Shown piece by piece: positions 30,301 to 38,755 of a stretch of DNA of 64,000 bases. The notes beneath the pieces were generated by a model, which saw nothing but the letters and a program-made list of their open reading frames with translations, had not been told where the DNA came from and did not search any database. The position numbers and the translations under genes were made by a program. Origin of the DNA: an uncultured bacterium (GTDB lineage Bacteria > Acidobacteriota > Thermoanaerobaculia > Multivoradales > JAHZIX01); contig CBDUPA010000002.1 in assembly GCA_965368975.1 (NCBI GenBank), positions 524,757 to 588,756 of the forward strand, given 5' to 3'. The first letter of the stretch is position 1, and the number at the start of each line of letters is the position of its first letter.

Positions 30301-31407
30301 TCGCTCCGGTCGCACCTCCTCGACGATACGGTCGAGCGGCACGTCCGCGTTTTCCCGGCCAGCCAGCGTGTCGATGCGCACCTGCTCCAGGAGCCGCGCG
30401 AAGGGCATGTCTGGTGTCAGGCGGTGGCGCATCACCATCGTGTCGACGAACAGGCCGATCAGCGCCTCCAGCTCCGGTCGCGGGCGTCCCGACACGCCAT
30501 AGCCGACCACCAGGTCGCGCTGCCCACTGTGGCGGTAGAGCAGAATTGCGTAGAGCGCCATCAGCACCATGAAGTCGGTCACACCGCCACCCAACCGTCG
30601 GCAGTGCTCCTGCAAGTCCGCTCCGAGCTGCAACGGCAATGCCACCGCCCGTCGCCCGCCGCGGAACGTCGGCCGCACCGGCCGTGGTCGATCGCTGGGC
30701 AGGTCGAGGCCATCCGGCGCCCCGTCCAGGTGCCGCGACCAGTATTCCAGCTGCCGTCGCCCTCGCTCGCCCTCGACCTGCTTGCGCTGCCAGCGCGCGA
30801 AGTCGGCGAACTGCAGTTTGAGTTCCGGCAGTGGCGATGGCTTGCCGTCGCAGTAGGCGGCATAGAGCACGCCAAGCTCGTGCGTCAGTACCGACATCGA
30901 CCAGCGGTCGGTGACGATGTGGTGCAGCGTCGCGAACAGCACGTAGTGATCGCTGGCCATGCGCACCAGCACCACGCGCAGCAGCGGAGGCTCGTCGAGA
31001 GCGAAAGGTCGCAGGGTCTCGCGCTTCTGCAGGCGCGCACGCTCGTCGTCGCGAACCTCTGCCTGAAGACCACTGACGTCCAGTACCGGTACCGGTGGCA
31101 GAGCGGGCGGAATCGGCAGCTGCAACGGATCGCCGTCCACCTCCACCAACGCCGTGCGCAAGACCTGGTGCCGTCGCAAGATCTCCCCGATCACCCGCTG
31201 CAGCACGTCGATGCGCAGCTTGCCGTGCAACCCGAGCACCGCACAGCCGTTGTAGAAGTGGCTGTCGCCGTGCAGACGGTCGAGGAACCAGAGTCGCTGC
31301 TGGGCAAAGGCCAGCGGATTGCGCTTGGCGAGAAGGCGTCGCTTCTCCGGCGACAGCGCGTTCAGACGATCGGCGAGCTTCGGCGTAGCTTTGGACACGC
31401 GCGGCAT
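24316..31407 (-). CDS. Bimodular NRPS, C-A-T-C-A-T, no thioesterase
   Basis: C motifs HHIVTDRWS and HHIVADGWS; A motifs YTSGSTGRPKG, YTSGSTGQPKG and YRTGD x2; T motifs LGGHSL x2; ATG at 31407 preferred (the ORF track extends to 31527). Confidence 0.93.
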   Translation of the reverse strand: MPRVSKATPKLADRLNALSPEKRRLLAKRNPLAFAQQRLWFLDRLHGDSHFYNGCAVLGLHGKLRIDVLQRVIGEILRRHQVLRTALVEVDGDPLQLPIPPALPPVPVLDVSGLQAEVRDDERARLQKRETLRPFALDEPPLLRVVLVRMASDHYVLFATLHHIVTDRWSMSVLTHELGVLYAAYCDGKPSPLPELKLQFADFARWQRKQVEGERGRRQLEYWSRHLDGAPDGLDLPSDRPRPVRPTFRGGRRAVALPLQLGADLQEHCRRLGGGVTDFMVLMALYAILLYRHSGQRDLVVGYGVSGRPRPELEALIGLFVDTMVMRHRLTPDMPFARLLEQVRIDTLAGRENADVPLDRIVEEVRPERALAHNPLFQVSFGVQNAPQAEGLRLPGLRLEALDGSRLTAIFDLTLSIEQIPEPDGDGVYLMPVALYSAELFDATTMDRLLRHYGALLTAALKRPDCPLGALSLLTLAERHQLKVEWNEAFEEAFHDGQGHGEQGHGEQGHDQQGHDQEGRDLLDLTMQDLGRRFVPELPDFVAMVFGRQHLSLGALDARARVLAGVLRACGTGTDQLVGIALPRSLALAIAVRAVLEAGAAWVPLDADDPPERLAFILEDTHAPVVLTLSAAAAVQLGVPRPDLSLLQAGAAGTSTRVIELDASGAPTESIDRRALVPLPPLPQPPTCEADPLAFVIYTSGSTGRPKGAMNPQRATVNHTLWQIEHLGLGFDDRILHKGAFSFDVSVWELLLGPMVGATTVLARPGGHRDPRYLVRLIREQAVTLTHFVPSMMWPYLDHPDSGACRSLRQVWCGGETVPTELVQRFQRTLPDTQFFHVCGPTETAMQVVCLPCPPGESRSPVPLGWPMANIHLHVLDPRGRGVPIGIPGELCIGGEAVGRGYLGRPSLTAERFVPDPFVANGRLTQGGGRLYRTGDRCRHNRRGELEILGRLDHQVKLRGLRIEPGEIEAALIEHARVGRALVQLHRTSKEPAGDARLVAYVVPSGGAAPTIDELRAHLGSKLPEYMVPSAFLFLDAMPLHASGKIALGKLPSPDQAQTGAPEAEYVPPRGPLEHVIADVFSDVLHRTAELRVGAEDDFFDLGGHSLLATRAIARLREALGIEVPLATFFQAPTVVALAAQLEQLQRREQPLSAAMPALEPVPREPAVPGVEQLGRPVEPPPLSFGQQRLWLLDQLDPGSPQYNMPAAFELHGALDVRALERALRRVVTRQEALRTGFRVLVDGGEPVQQIEPVDQLSLELPCVDLGRLEPAAAESEQARLLAREARCPFDLSRPPLLRARLLRRSCHVHVLLLTVHHIVADGWSLGLLRHEIAVFYADTEARLPILRVQVGDFAAWQRRWLRGAVLDAEIAHWRQVLDGAPQVLELPSDRPRPAVQSLRGGSVVVRYSPDLRDGLVRLGRQSGSTLFITLLAAFFVLLRRQTGMSPESRLAQQAGSMDLLVGTPVANRRRRELEPLIGFFANTLVLRGDLHADSHTPSHGGPTFRELLARVRARALDAYAHQDVPFEKLVEELEPERDLARSPLFQVLFALQNLDPPKLEASAAAASRLGALTLQPLQTSSGTSKFDLNCSLAEMSDGLVCGLEYAADLFDAVTMRRLAEQFRVLLAAIVEAPGRRLGDLPWLAPGARHQLLREWAVPLLEGQKAPLTAPERFALVAAKAPHAIAVHASRGAASEVSAGRPDVHLSYRQLDAESGQLAVRLRAAGVAAEQVVAVLTPAAGSPALAVALLAVLRAGGIYMPLSVDDPPQRLAFLLQDAGVRHVVLAGVDAPQLFEVASRQGWDVEQLRWDGRTIDVEPGAAPSSPKVLPRTEILPQQGAYLLYTSGSTGQPKGVCVSHAALARLLQWQREALAAVPVSASESAGARTDRGRTLQFTAPTFDVSLQEMLSTLCSDAAEDRGGGTLVMPVPEVRIDPPALLSWLARYGVERLFVPVVLLRQLALAAAAGGAMPSSLRVVHTAGEALRVTPEVRVLFAGRPGVGRARLENQYGPTESHVVSRHSLAVNDSVENWPQLPPIGRPVPGSRLHVLDAHGQPVPAGVPGELSISGASLARGYHRRPALTAVAFVPGVPGGVDGVPGERCYRTGDLVRWHHDGTLAFVGRRDFQVKVRGIRLEPGEIETLLEGYSHVRQAAVYVQRAVPAQRDGAAVQLLAFVELVDGSSAALDTESLLDYLRQYLPAALLPSAFQVVERLPVNAHGKVDRRALAELAMSVDVGARSQRRAPGTETQRQLAGIWSEVLGREQIGLDDHFFRLGGHSLLATQVVSRIRQIFGVEVPLRRLFELPRLEDLAHSLESTEPPAPSPKVGEVAEGSSRQASQEASSQEEALQEARAKLFRTVRRRR
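29846..29926 (-). repeat. 15-nt in-frame tandem repeat in the NRPS C-A linker encoding (GHGEQ/GHDQQ)n
   Basis: Protein HDGQGHGEQGHGEQGHDQQGHDQEGRD; DNA units such as ccgtggccctgctcg. Confidence 0.8.
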
Positions 31408-31641
31408 TTTAGTCCGACTTCGCCACAGCGCCACGACGAACCGTCCAACTTCGTGTTCCCGCAGTTGCGCGGAACTTTCTTTGGCTGGCATCTTCGAGGC
31501 AAGCGCCAGTACCTTGCTAGCGGACACCAGGACCCCGCCAGAAGACTCCAGAGCCCTGCTAGAGTCGTCCCCGCAGATCGACGTCGTCCCCGCAAGAGAC
31601 TACCGTCCGGACCCGCAACCGCCGCACCAGGAGACTTCCCC

Positions 31642-32739
31642 ATGAGCCGACCCCGACGCCTGGCCGTCAACACCGGAGGCGGCGACGCCCCCGGCCTCAA
31701 CGCCGTCATCCGCGCCGTCGCGCTCTCCGCTCTGCGTCGCGGCTGGGAAGTCGTCGGCATCCGTCGCGGCTACCAGGGTCTCATCGGCCCCTTGAACGAG
31801 GGCGAAGAGGGCCTGGTACCGCTGGACGAAAACGCCGTCCGAGGCATCACTCACGAAGGCGGCACCATCCTCGGCACCAGCAACCGCGGCAACCCCTTCG
31901 AGATGCCCGACGGCCAAGGCGGCACCGAGGATCGCAGCGCCGAAGTCGTCGAAGCCTTCCGCGCTCACGGCCTCGATTCCCTGATCGCCATCGGCGGCGA
32001 CGGCAGCCTGTCGATCGCGCTGCAGTTCCACCAACGCTACGGCCTACCCGTGATCGGGGTACCCAAGACCATCGACAATGACCTGCAAGCCACCGAAGTC
32101 ACCTTCGGCTTCGACACCGCCGTCACCACCGCCACGGACGCCATCGACAAACTTCACTCCACGGCCGAAAGTCACGAACGCGTCATGGTCGTCGAACTCA
32201 TGGGCCGCAACGCCGGCTGGATCGCCCTGCACGCCGGCATCGCGGGCACGGCGGATGTGATCCTGATCCCCGAGATCCCGTTCGACATGGAGTCCGTCTA
32301 CGCCAAGATCCGGCGGCGCGAGAGCAAGGGTCGGCATTTCTGCATCGTCGTGGTCGCGGAGGGTGCCAAGCCGCTGGGCGGGGAGCGGGTGCTACAGGAA
32401 GCCAAGGGACCGGGACATGCAGCAAGGCTGGGAGGGATTGGGGATCACGTGGCAGAGCTGATTCGTCAGAACACCAACAAGGAGACGCGGAGCCTGACTC
32501 TGGGGCACCTGCAACGCGGCGGTACACCGACGGCGTACGATCGGTTGCTGTCGTTGCGCTTTGGGACGGCGGCGGTGCGGCTGGCGGAGAAGAGGGAGTT
32601 TGGGAAGATGGTAGCGTTGCACGCTGGAGAGATCGTGCCGGTCGATCTGACGGAGGCAACCCAGCGGCAGAGGACGGTGCCGTTGGGTTCTGGGGTGTTG
32701 GAAACGGCACGGGACTTGGGGATTTGTTTGGGGGATTGA
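31642..32739 (+). CDS. pfkA: 6-phosphofructokinase (probably ATP-dependent)
   Basis: TGGGDAPGLN, GGTILGTSNR, IGGDGS, PKTIDND, VELMGRNAGW and LGHLQRGG; AGGAG RBS before the ATG at 31642. Confidence 0.93.
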   Translation: MSRPRRLAVNTGGGDAPGLNAVIRAVALSALRRGWEVVGIRRGYQGLIGPLNEGEEGLVPLDENAVRGITHEGGTILGTSNRGNPFEMPDGQGGTEDRSAEVVEAFRAHGLDSLIAIGGDGSLSIALQFHQRYGLPVIGVPKTIDNDLQATEVTFGFDTAVTTATDAIDKLHSTAESHERVMVVELMGRNAGWIALHAGIAGTADVILIPEIPFDMESVYAKIRRRESKGRHFCIVVVAEGAKPLGGERVLQEAKGPGHAARLGGIGDHVAELIRQNTNKETRSLTLGHLQRGGTPTAYDRLLSLRFGTAAVRLAEKREFGKMVALHAGEIVPVDLTEATQRQRTVPLGSGVLETARDLGICLGD

Positions 32740-32760
32740 CACTGCAAGCAGGACACTCGG

Positions 32761-33243
32761 CTAACCAGCCTGCGCCCAAGCTGCGGCCATCAGGTCGAAA
32801 CCCTCCTGCCACCCCATCTCCGTCGCCGACGTCTCTCCCTCTTCCAGATCCTGTAACTCTTCGGCGATGTCCTCGCCCGCGTGCTCGAAGATGACGAGAC
32901 ATCCGCTTTCATCACCCTCAATGGTGACCGTGATCGTGTCCGCGTTGTCGGAGAACTGCGGCATGGCGAAGGAATAGCTCAGCCGAGACGGTCGTTCGAC
33001 CTCCAAGTAGGTTCCCGTGGCAACGTAAGTCTCGCCCTCTTCTGTGCGCGTGATCGTCCACTCGCCGTCGACACGTAGGTCGATCTCGAACTCGACGTTC
33101 TCGCCCCACCAGACGCGCATCTGGTCCGGGATCGTCAGCGTGTCGAAGACCGTTTCTGGTGCAACATCGAAACGGCGTTCGATGCGAAGGACGGGTCGGT
33201 CACCTTGTTGCGTCATTGCTCTCTCCTCAGGTTGTTCACTCAC
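32761..33243 (-). CDS. SRPBCC/AHSA1-like domain protein
   Basis: LRIERRFDVAPETVF, DLRVDGEW, GTYLEVERPSRLSYSF and GWQEGFDL. Confidence 0.85.
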   Translation of the reverse strand: MSEQPEERAMTQQGDRPVLRIERRFDVAPETVFDTLTIPDQMRVWWGENVEFEIDLRVDGEWTITRTEEGETYVATGTYLEVERPSRLSYSFAMPQFSDNADTITVTIEGDESGCLVIFEHAGEDIAEELQDLEEGETSATEMGWQEGFDLMAAAWAQAG

Positions 33244-33264
33244 GCTTACCGCCCTTGTCCTGGC

Positions 33265-33984
33265 CTACCGCTCAGGCTCCGTGTCTTCGAGAAGGCGCAC
33301 GATCTCTGCCTCCACGACGGCAAGGTCGATCTTCCCCGACCACTGTCCGACGATCTGGCCTTGTGCGTCGATCAGGTATTGCGTCGGCACCACCTTCACC
33401 CGGTACGAGGACCAGGCGGACGCCTCGGTCGCGTCGAGGAAGACGGGGTGCTTGGCTCGACGCTCTTCGACCATCGCTTCGACCTTCGCTGCGGCGTCGT
33501 CCCCCTCATCGATCGACACGCTGAGAACCACGAGGCCATCTTCCTGGTAGCGCTCGTGGAGACGCGTCAGGTCCGGCAGATCCTTGACGCAGGGCGGGCA
33601 CCAGGTGGCCCAGAAGTCGAGCAGCACGACTTTGCCGCGGAAACTCTCGAATTCGACCTCGGTGCCCTCTAGATCGAGCACGGTGAACGCTGGAGCTGGC
33701 CGTGGCAATACCGGTGGTAGGTAGCTCTCGGGGTCTTCGAGGAAGCGCTCACTACAAGCGGGGGAGCAGAACCCGTAGATCTGGCCCTGGTACTCGGCCG
33801 TCGCTCGCACGCGCTCTTGCCGCGTTTCGCCTTCATGGACACGGCAGACGTGGCAGATGGCCTTCTCACCCATCGTGACGTCGTCGCTCGGGGAGTCTTC
33901 CGCTGCGACGGCGCTCAGGGAGAACGCAGTGCCCACGAGGAGCCAGGCGAGCAAGGTGTAGCGGAGGGAGTTTGCGGCCTTCAT
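33265..33984 (-). CDS. Exported YHS domain plus TlpA-family thioredoxin fusion
   Basis: Signal peptide; CHVC...YQGQIYGFCSPACSERFLEDPESY (YHS); APAFT..., GKVVLLDFWATWCPPC and VPTQYLID; GAGG RBS before the ATG at 33984. Confidence 0.88.
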   Translation of the reverse strand: MKAANSLRYTLLAWLLVGTAFSLSAVAAEDSPSDDVTMGEKAICHVCRVHEGETRQERVRATAEYQGQIYGFCSPACSERFLEDPESYLPPVLPRPAPAFTVLDLEGTEVEFESFRGKVVLLDFWATWCPPCVKDLPDLTRLHERYQEDGLVVLSVSIDEGDDAAAKVEAMVEERRAKHPVFLDATEASAWSSYRVKVVPTQYLIDAQGQIVGQWSGKIDLAVVEAEIVRLLEDTEPER

Positions 33985-34001
33985 GTCAGAACCTCGTAGT
34001 G

Positions 34002-34817
34002 TCAGAACGTCGTCGAGATGGCGACGCCGACGCGTTCGAGCCAAACCCAGATGAGGGAGGCACCGAAGCGCTGGCCCGCGTAGTTGAGCATCAGGTGAGT
34101 GCGCTGGCCGTCGTACATGGGGCGCAGGGAGAAGCGCTCGTCGAGTTCGACTTCGACCCCGAAGGGGAAGTTGATGTCTTTGTCCCATTCCGAGTAGTTC
34201 AGGCTCACGTAGGCGGACACCGGCCAGCTGGGATGATGCTTGGCGGCCGTCAGGTAGTACGACTGCTCGCCGGCGGGAGAGCCAATACGATCGGAACTCG
34301 TACCCAAGAACAGTGCTGGCCGCCGCTCATCCTCGGTCTGGAGAAACCAGGTGAGGAGCGGGCCGATCTCGTCCGCCTCTGGGTTGACCTCGACCCCGAT
34401 CTGCAACTGCGGCAGGATGCGGTAGGAAAGGGTCGAGCGCCACCTCGGTCGATCGAGGTCGGTGTCGACGAAGCGCAGAGACGCGCTGAATTTTGTGTCC
34501 AAGCCACTCCCCCGGAGCGGCGCCCCTTCACCGGGTCAACCACTTCACGTAGGGGCCGCCGACGGTCGCGATGGCGGCGCGGGCGGCGCCTCGGCGGGGT
34601 CCGTGGAAGCCTCGGTCGGCGCGGCCTCGGTATCGGTGCCGGTCTGGACACCCGTATCCGTCAAAGCTTCCGTATCGGTCTCACTCCCGGCATCCGCCTG
34701 GCTGCCCACATCGACCTGGGCCCCCCTGTCCACCTGGGCGAGACCTGGCATCGCCAGTAACGCCAGGAGCAGACACAACAGAAAGGGCGCAGGCGCTTTG
34801 ACTTGGCTCACCATCAT
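34002..34817 (-). CDS. Putative selenoprotein (U91-S-G-U94): exported, beta-barrel-like protein of 271 aa by UGA read-through
   Basis: ORFs 34545..34853 and 34002..34502 are in the same frame, joined by ACG TGA AGT GGT TGA CCC GGT GAA...; signal peptide, alternating beta-strand pattern and C-terminal Phe; hairpin just downstream of the UGAs. Confidence 0.75.
34503..34535 (-). promoter_or_regulatory. Candidate bacterial SECIS element
   Basis: Minus strand after the second UGA reads CCCGGTGAAGGGGC GCCGCTCC GGG GGAGTGGC; an 8-bp stem (one G-U) with a G-rich apical loop, 22 nt after UGA2 and 31 nt after UGA1. Confidence 0.55.
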
Positions 34818-34866
34818 GCGGACGACCTTAGGTTTGGTTCGAGTTGAAGTCAAGGCCCGGACCTAC

Positions 34867-36797
34867 CTACCGTCCTTGCCCCCCGACCACCGTCCGCACC
34901 ACCAGCTTCTCCCGCTTCACCCGCACCTCGATCTTGCCCCGCTGCTCTTCGGTCAACAGCTCTTCCGTGGTGAAGCTCAACCGATACTGGCTGCGCAGCT
35001 CGCGCTCGATCCGCTTGTAGGCATCCCCGAGCAAGTGCGGCTCGGAGACCAAGAACACCCGGCCGCCAGTCTCTTCCGTCAACTCCTCTAGATCACTCAC
35101 CGCTAGAGTCCGGCGGATCTGCCGCTCTTCTCCGAGCACGATCAGGTACACCGGAACACCCGCCGTGCGTGCATCGCGGATGGCGCGATTGGGACTGAAG
35201 CGGCTGCGGTAATCGTCACCGTCCGTCAGCACGACCAGTGCCTTGCGGCCGGGGTCAGCACCAAACTGGATCAGGGAGAAGACGACCGAGTCGTAGAGCG
35301 CAGTGGCGCCGCCGGGTTGTAGACGGCGGAAGCTCGAGAGCAATTCACGCAGATCGTTGCTGGTGTCGTGCAGGAGCCGCGGCTGGGAGTCGAAGTCGAC
35401 GAGGAAGGCTTGGTCTTCGGCTTCCAGGACGGTGCCGAGGAACTGCCCCGCGGCTTGCTTGGTCTCCAGCATCTGGTTTTCCATCGAGCCGGAGGAGTCG
35501 ATGACCAAACCGAGCAAGAGCGAAACGTCGTCGGCGTAGCTGAAGCTCTGCACCTCGACGGGCTTGCCGTCGAGACGGACGGTGAAGTCTTCCTGCTGCA
35601 AGCCGCGCACAGGCTCGCCGCGTTGGTTGGTGGCAACGACGAAGAGTTCGACGAGGTTGACTTCGAGGCGCTCGGTGACGCCGCGAGCGCTCAGGAGAAC
35701 GACGTCTTCACTGCTGGTGCCATCCGCCAAGAAGGCGGCGACGCGGAGATAGTCGGTGGGGCCGGGATCGACGGTGGGGACTTCGAGTTCCAAGCTCTGC
35801 CCCTCGGCACCATCGAGGCGACGGATCAGCGTCTCGTTGCGGTACACCTCGACGCGTTCGAGCTGCTGCCCGGATGGCACGTTGACCGTGGCGGCTAGCT
35901 CGACGGAGCCGGTGGCGGGATCGCCGTCCAGGCGCGTGATACGGACACGGAAGGGGATGTTGCTGCGATTGACGACCAGTTCGTCGCTGCCCAGGTCGTA
36001 GTCCAGACGGTCGTAGGCGACGGCGCGAACGGTCTGCTCGCGCGGTGGGCTGGCCAGCGGCACACGGCCGCGGAACGGGGCGCGGGTGTCTTCGTCGACT
36101 TGCTGACCGTCGAGGAGGAACACGACGCGCTCGACTTCGTCGGTGGCGACCAGGGCGTCGATAGAGGTGCTGCCGCTGACGGGTTCTCTGGCCGGCGGCA
36201 CGAGGCGAACTGCGGAGCGCTTTGTCTGCGAGGCTGGGCCGGACTGACGGCTACCCGCGGACGGAGACGATGCGGATGCGGCGGCGAAGGAACTCAGGGG
36301 GGCGCCTTCGGTGATGGCCGCGGACGCCGGCACGGCCAGCAGATCGGATCCGACCTCGACGGGACTACCACCCCAAATCTCGCCGGCACCCCAGGTCTCG
36401 CCGTTGGTGACCACGGCGAGTAGGTCGCGCACGGAGGCTGGCACTTCGAGGGGGATCAGGGTCACCCACACGCGCGTTCCTGCGGGCGGTGCGTCGAGGG
36501 GCTGGCGCAGCACCAGCGGCTCGGCGCGTTCGGCACTGCCGACGGCGACTTCGAGTTGAAGGCCAGCCTCCGGGGTCAGTGGGTCGCTGTCCTCCAGCCA
36601 GACGATCACCTGCAACACACAGCGTAGACGGCCCGCGGCCTGCGCTTCCGGCGGTGCCAGGACACAGGCGGCTTCGACTTCCAGGCCGCCGTTGGAGGGC
36701 CCACCGGCAAGGAGTCGCTGCAACGGAGACTCTTGCGCCGAAGACGCTATCGGCAGAAAGAGCAGGAGGCACGCAAGCGTCCAGGCAGTGCGCATGC

Positions 36798-36801
<4 letters not shown>
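34867..36801 (-). CDS. Exported VWA-domain protein with Ig-like (Big) domains
   Basis: Signal peptide; [10 protein letters not shown]...APF Ig motif; [33 protein letters not shown] and ELRSQY. Confidence 0.85.
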
Positions 36802-37220
<419 letters not shown>

Positions 37221-37259
37221 GGGAACGGTCTCCTAGAGGATCGGTGGCTCTTCAATCTC

Positions 37260-38432
37260 TCAGCGAGTCAGGGCTAGATCTTGGTACAAGCCTTCGGTCA
37301 GAGCCCGCATGCGGGCACGGTGATGGTCTTCGGCCGGCACACCGTTGAGCACCAGCGCGACGACGAGGCCGTGCTCGGGATCGGCAAACGCGGTGGACGT
37401 CAGGCGGCCGCTGTGACCGAAGGTGCGGTTGGAGGCGTGGCCGCCGTAGCCATAGGGCAGAGTCGGCTCGCCTTGCTGCTCCTCGCGGTAGTAGTGCTCG
37501 GAGTTGATGATGAAGCCGAGGCCCCAGTCCATGACGTGCTTGAAGGTGTGGTCGTAGAGACCGACGCGGTGCGGGCAGGTGAACGCCTCGACCGCCTGCG
37601 GGCTCAGGATGCGCATGCCAGCGGTTGTACCGTTACTGAGCTGGCCGCGCTGCAGCAGCATCTCGTAGAAGCGGCCCAGCTGGCGCATGGGACCGCAACC
37701 GTTGCCGGCAGGGTTGCAGCGGGTGACCATCTCTTTCTTGGTCCAGCCCAGGGCTTTGACATTCGCCTGAGATACGTTCGCTTGAGAAAGTGGCTGCCGC
37801 ATGGGGGGATCAGCTCCCAGCATGGGGACGATGCGCTCCCCGTAGGCGGCATAGCGGTCGGCCGGCATGCCGATCCAGCAGTCGTCCATGCCCAGGGGCT
37901 CGAAGATCTCGTCGCGCACGTAGTGCTCGAAACGTCGACCATCAACGCGGCGGATCACCTCGCCGAGGATGAACCAGCTCGACTCCATGTGGTACCCGGC
38001 ACGCCGACCTGGCTGCCAGCGGGGTTCGCGCTTCTGGGCACAGATGCGGGCGATGATGTCGTCCCAGGTGTGATCCGGGAAACCAACGCTGAGCATGCGG
38101 AACCCACCGGTATGGGTCAGGGCGTGGCGCAGCGTGATGGCTTCCTTGCCCTTCTGGCCGAACTCGGGCAGGTGCCGCGCGATCGGGTCGTCGAGTTCCA
38201 GCTGGCCGCGCTCCCACAGCTGCGCCAGCGCGACGGCGGCGATCGGCTTGGTGGTCGACAGCCAGACGCACAGGTCATCCTTGGTCATGGGCTGGCCGGG
38301 CAGCCTGTCGCCCAGTGCAAGGTCGAGCACGGGCTCGCCGTGCACGGAAGCGTAAACCTGGGCGCCGAGGTGGAGGCCTTCGTCGACGCCGGCTTGGAAG
38401 GCGGCCTGGAATGCGGGGAACTCTCTCCTCAT
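37260..38432 (-). CDS. Serine hydrolase, beta-lactamase/family VIII esterase
   Basis: SxxK (STTK), ITLRHALTHTGG, GYH and FGHSG; no signal peptide. Confidence 0.88.
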   Translation of the reverse strand: MRREFPAFQAAFQAGVDEGLHLGAQVYASVHGEPVLDLALGDRLPGQPMTKDDLCVWLSTTKPIAAVALAQLWERGQLELDDPIARHLPEFGQKGKEAITLRHALTHTGGFRMLSVGFPDHTWDDIIARICAQKREPRWQPGRRAGYHMESSWFILGEVIRRVDGRRFEHYVRDEIFEPLGMDDCWIGMPADRYAAYGERIVPMLGADPPMRQPLSQANVSQANVKALGWTKKEMVTRCNPAGNGCGPMRQLGRFYEMLLQRGQLSNGTTAGMRILSPQAVEAFTCPHRVGLYDHTFKHVMDWGLGFIINSEHYYREEQQGEPTLPYGYGGHASNRTFGHSGRLTSTAFADPEHGLVVALVLNGVPAEDHHRARMRALTEGLYQDLALTR

Positions 38433-38755
38433 GGGAGCCAGAGCCTAACACCCCAACCAGAGGCGAGAACTGCGGGGGACACCAGATTCCGGCGCTGCTC
38501 GGCAGAAGCGACGGCCCGGCAGCGTCTGTGAGGGGAAGCGAAAAACCCGGGTGTCCGTGGTACCATCACATCTTTACTGCGCCCTGATTTCCGGGCGTGT
38601 CCGACCTGCCCTTTGAATCCTCTACGCTGAATTTCCTTACTGGCTTTCCACTTCAGATCAGATCGAGACGCTCGCCCTCGAATGCGTTCTTAGAAGGTAC
38701 GCGGACCGAGGACCAGATGTAGGTCGCTCCGCGCGAATGCGGGCGATGGAGGAGG

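Noticed and set aside
30244-31641. 466-aa N-terminal extension of pfkA in the ORF track
   Set aside because: It is the antisense shadow of the NRPS; PFK homology and an RBS begin at 31642.
34536-34547. Genome-wide UGA reassignment (Trp/Gly) or simple pseudogenisation as the explanation for the two in-frame TGAs
   Set aside because: Many intact genes here end in TGA and Trp is TGG. The frame has no other lesions and the TGAs have CxxC spacing with a downstream hairpin. Pseudogenisation is disfavoured but not formally excluded.
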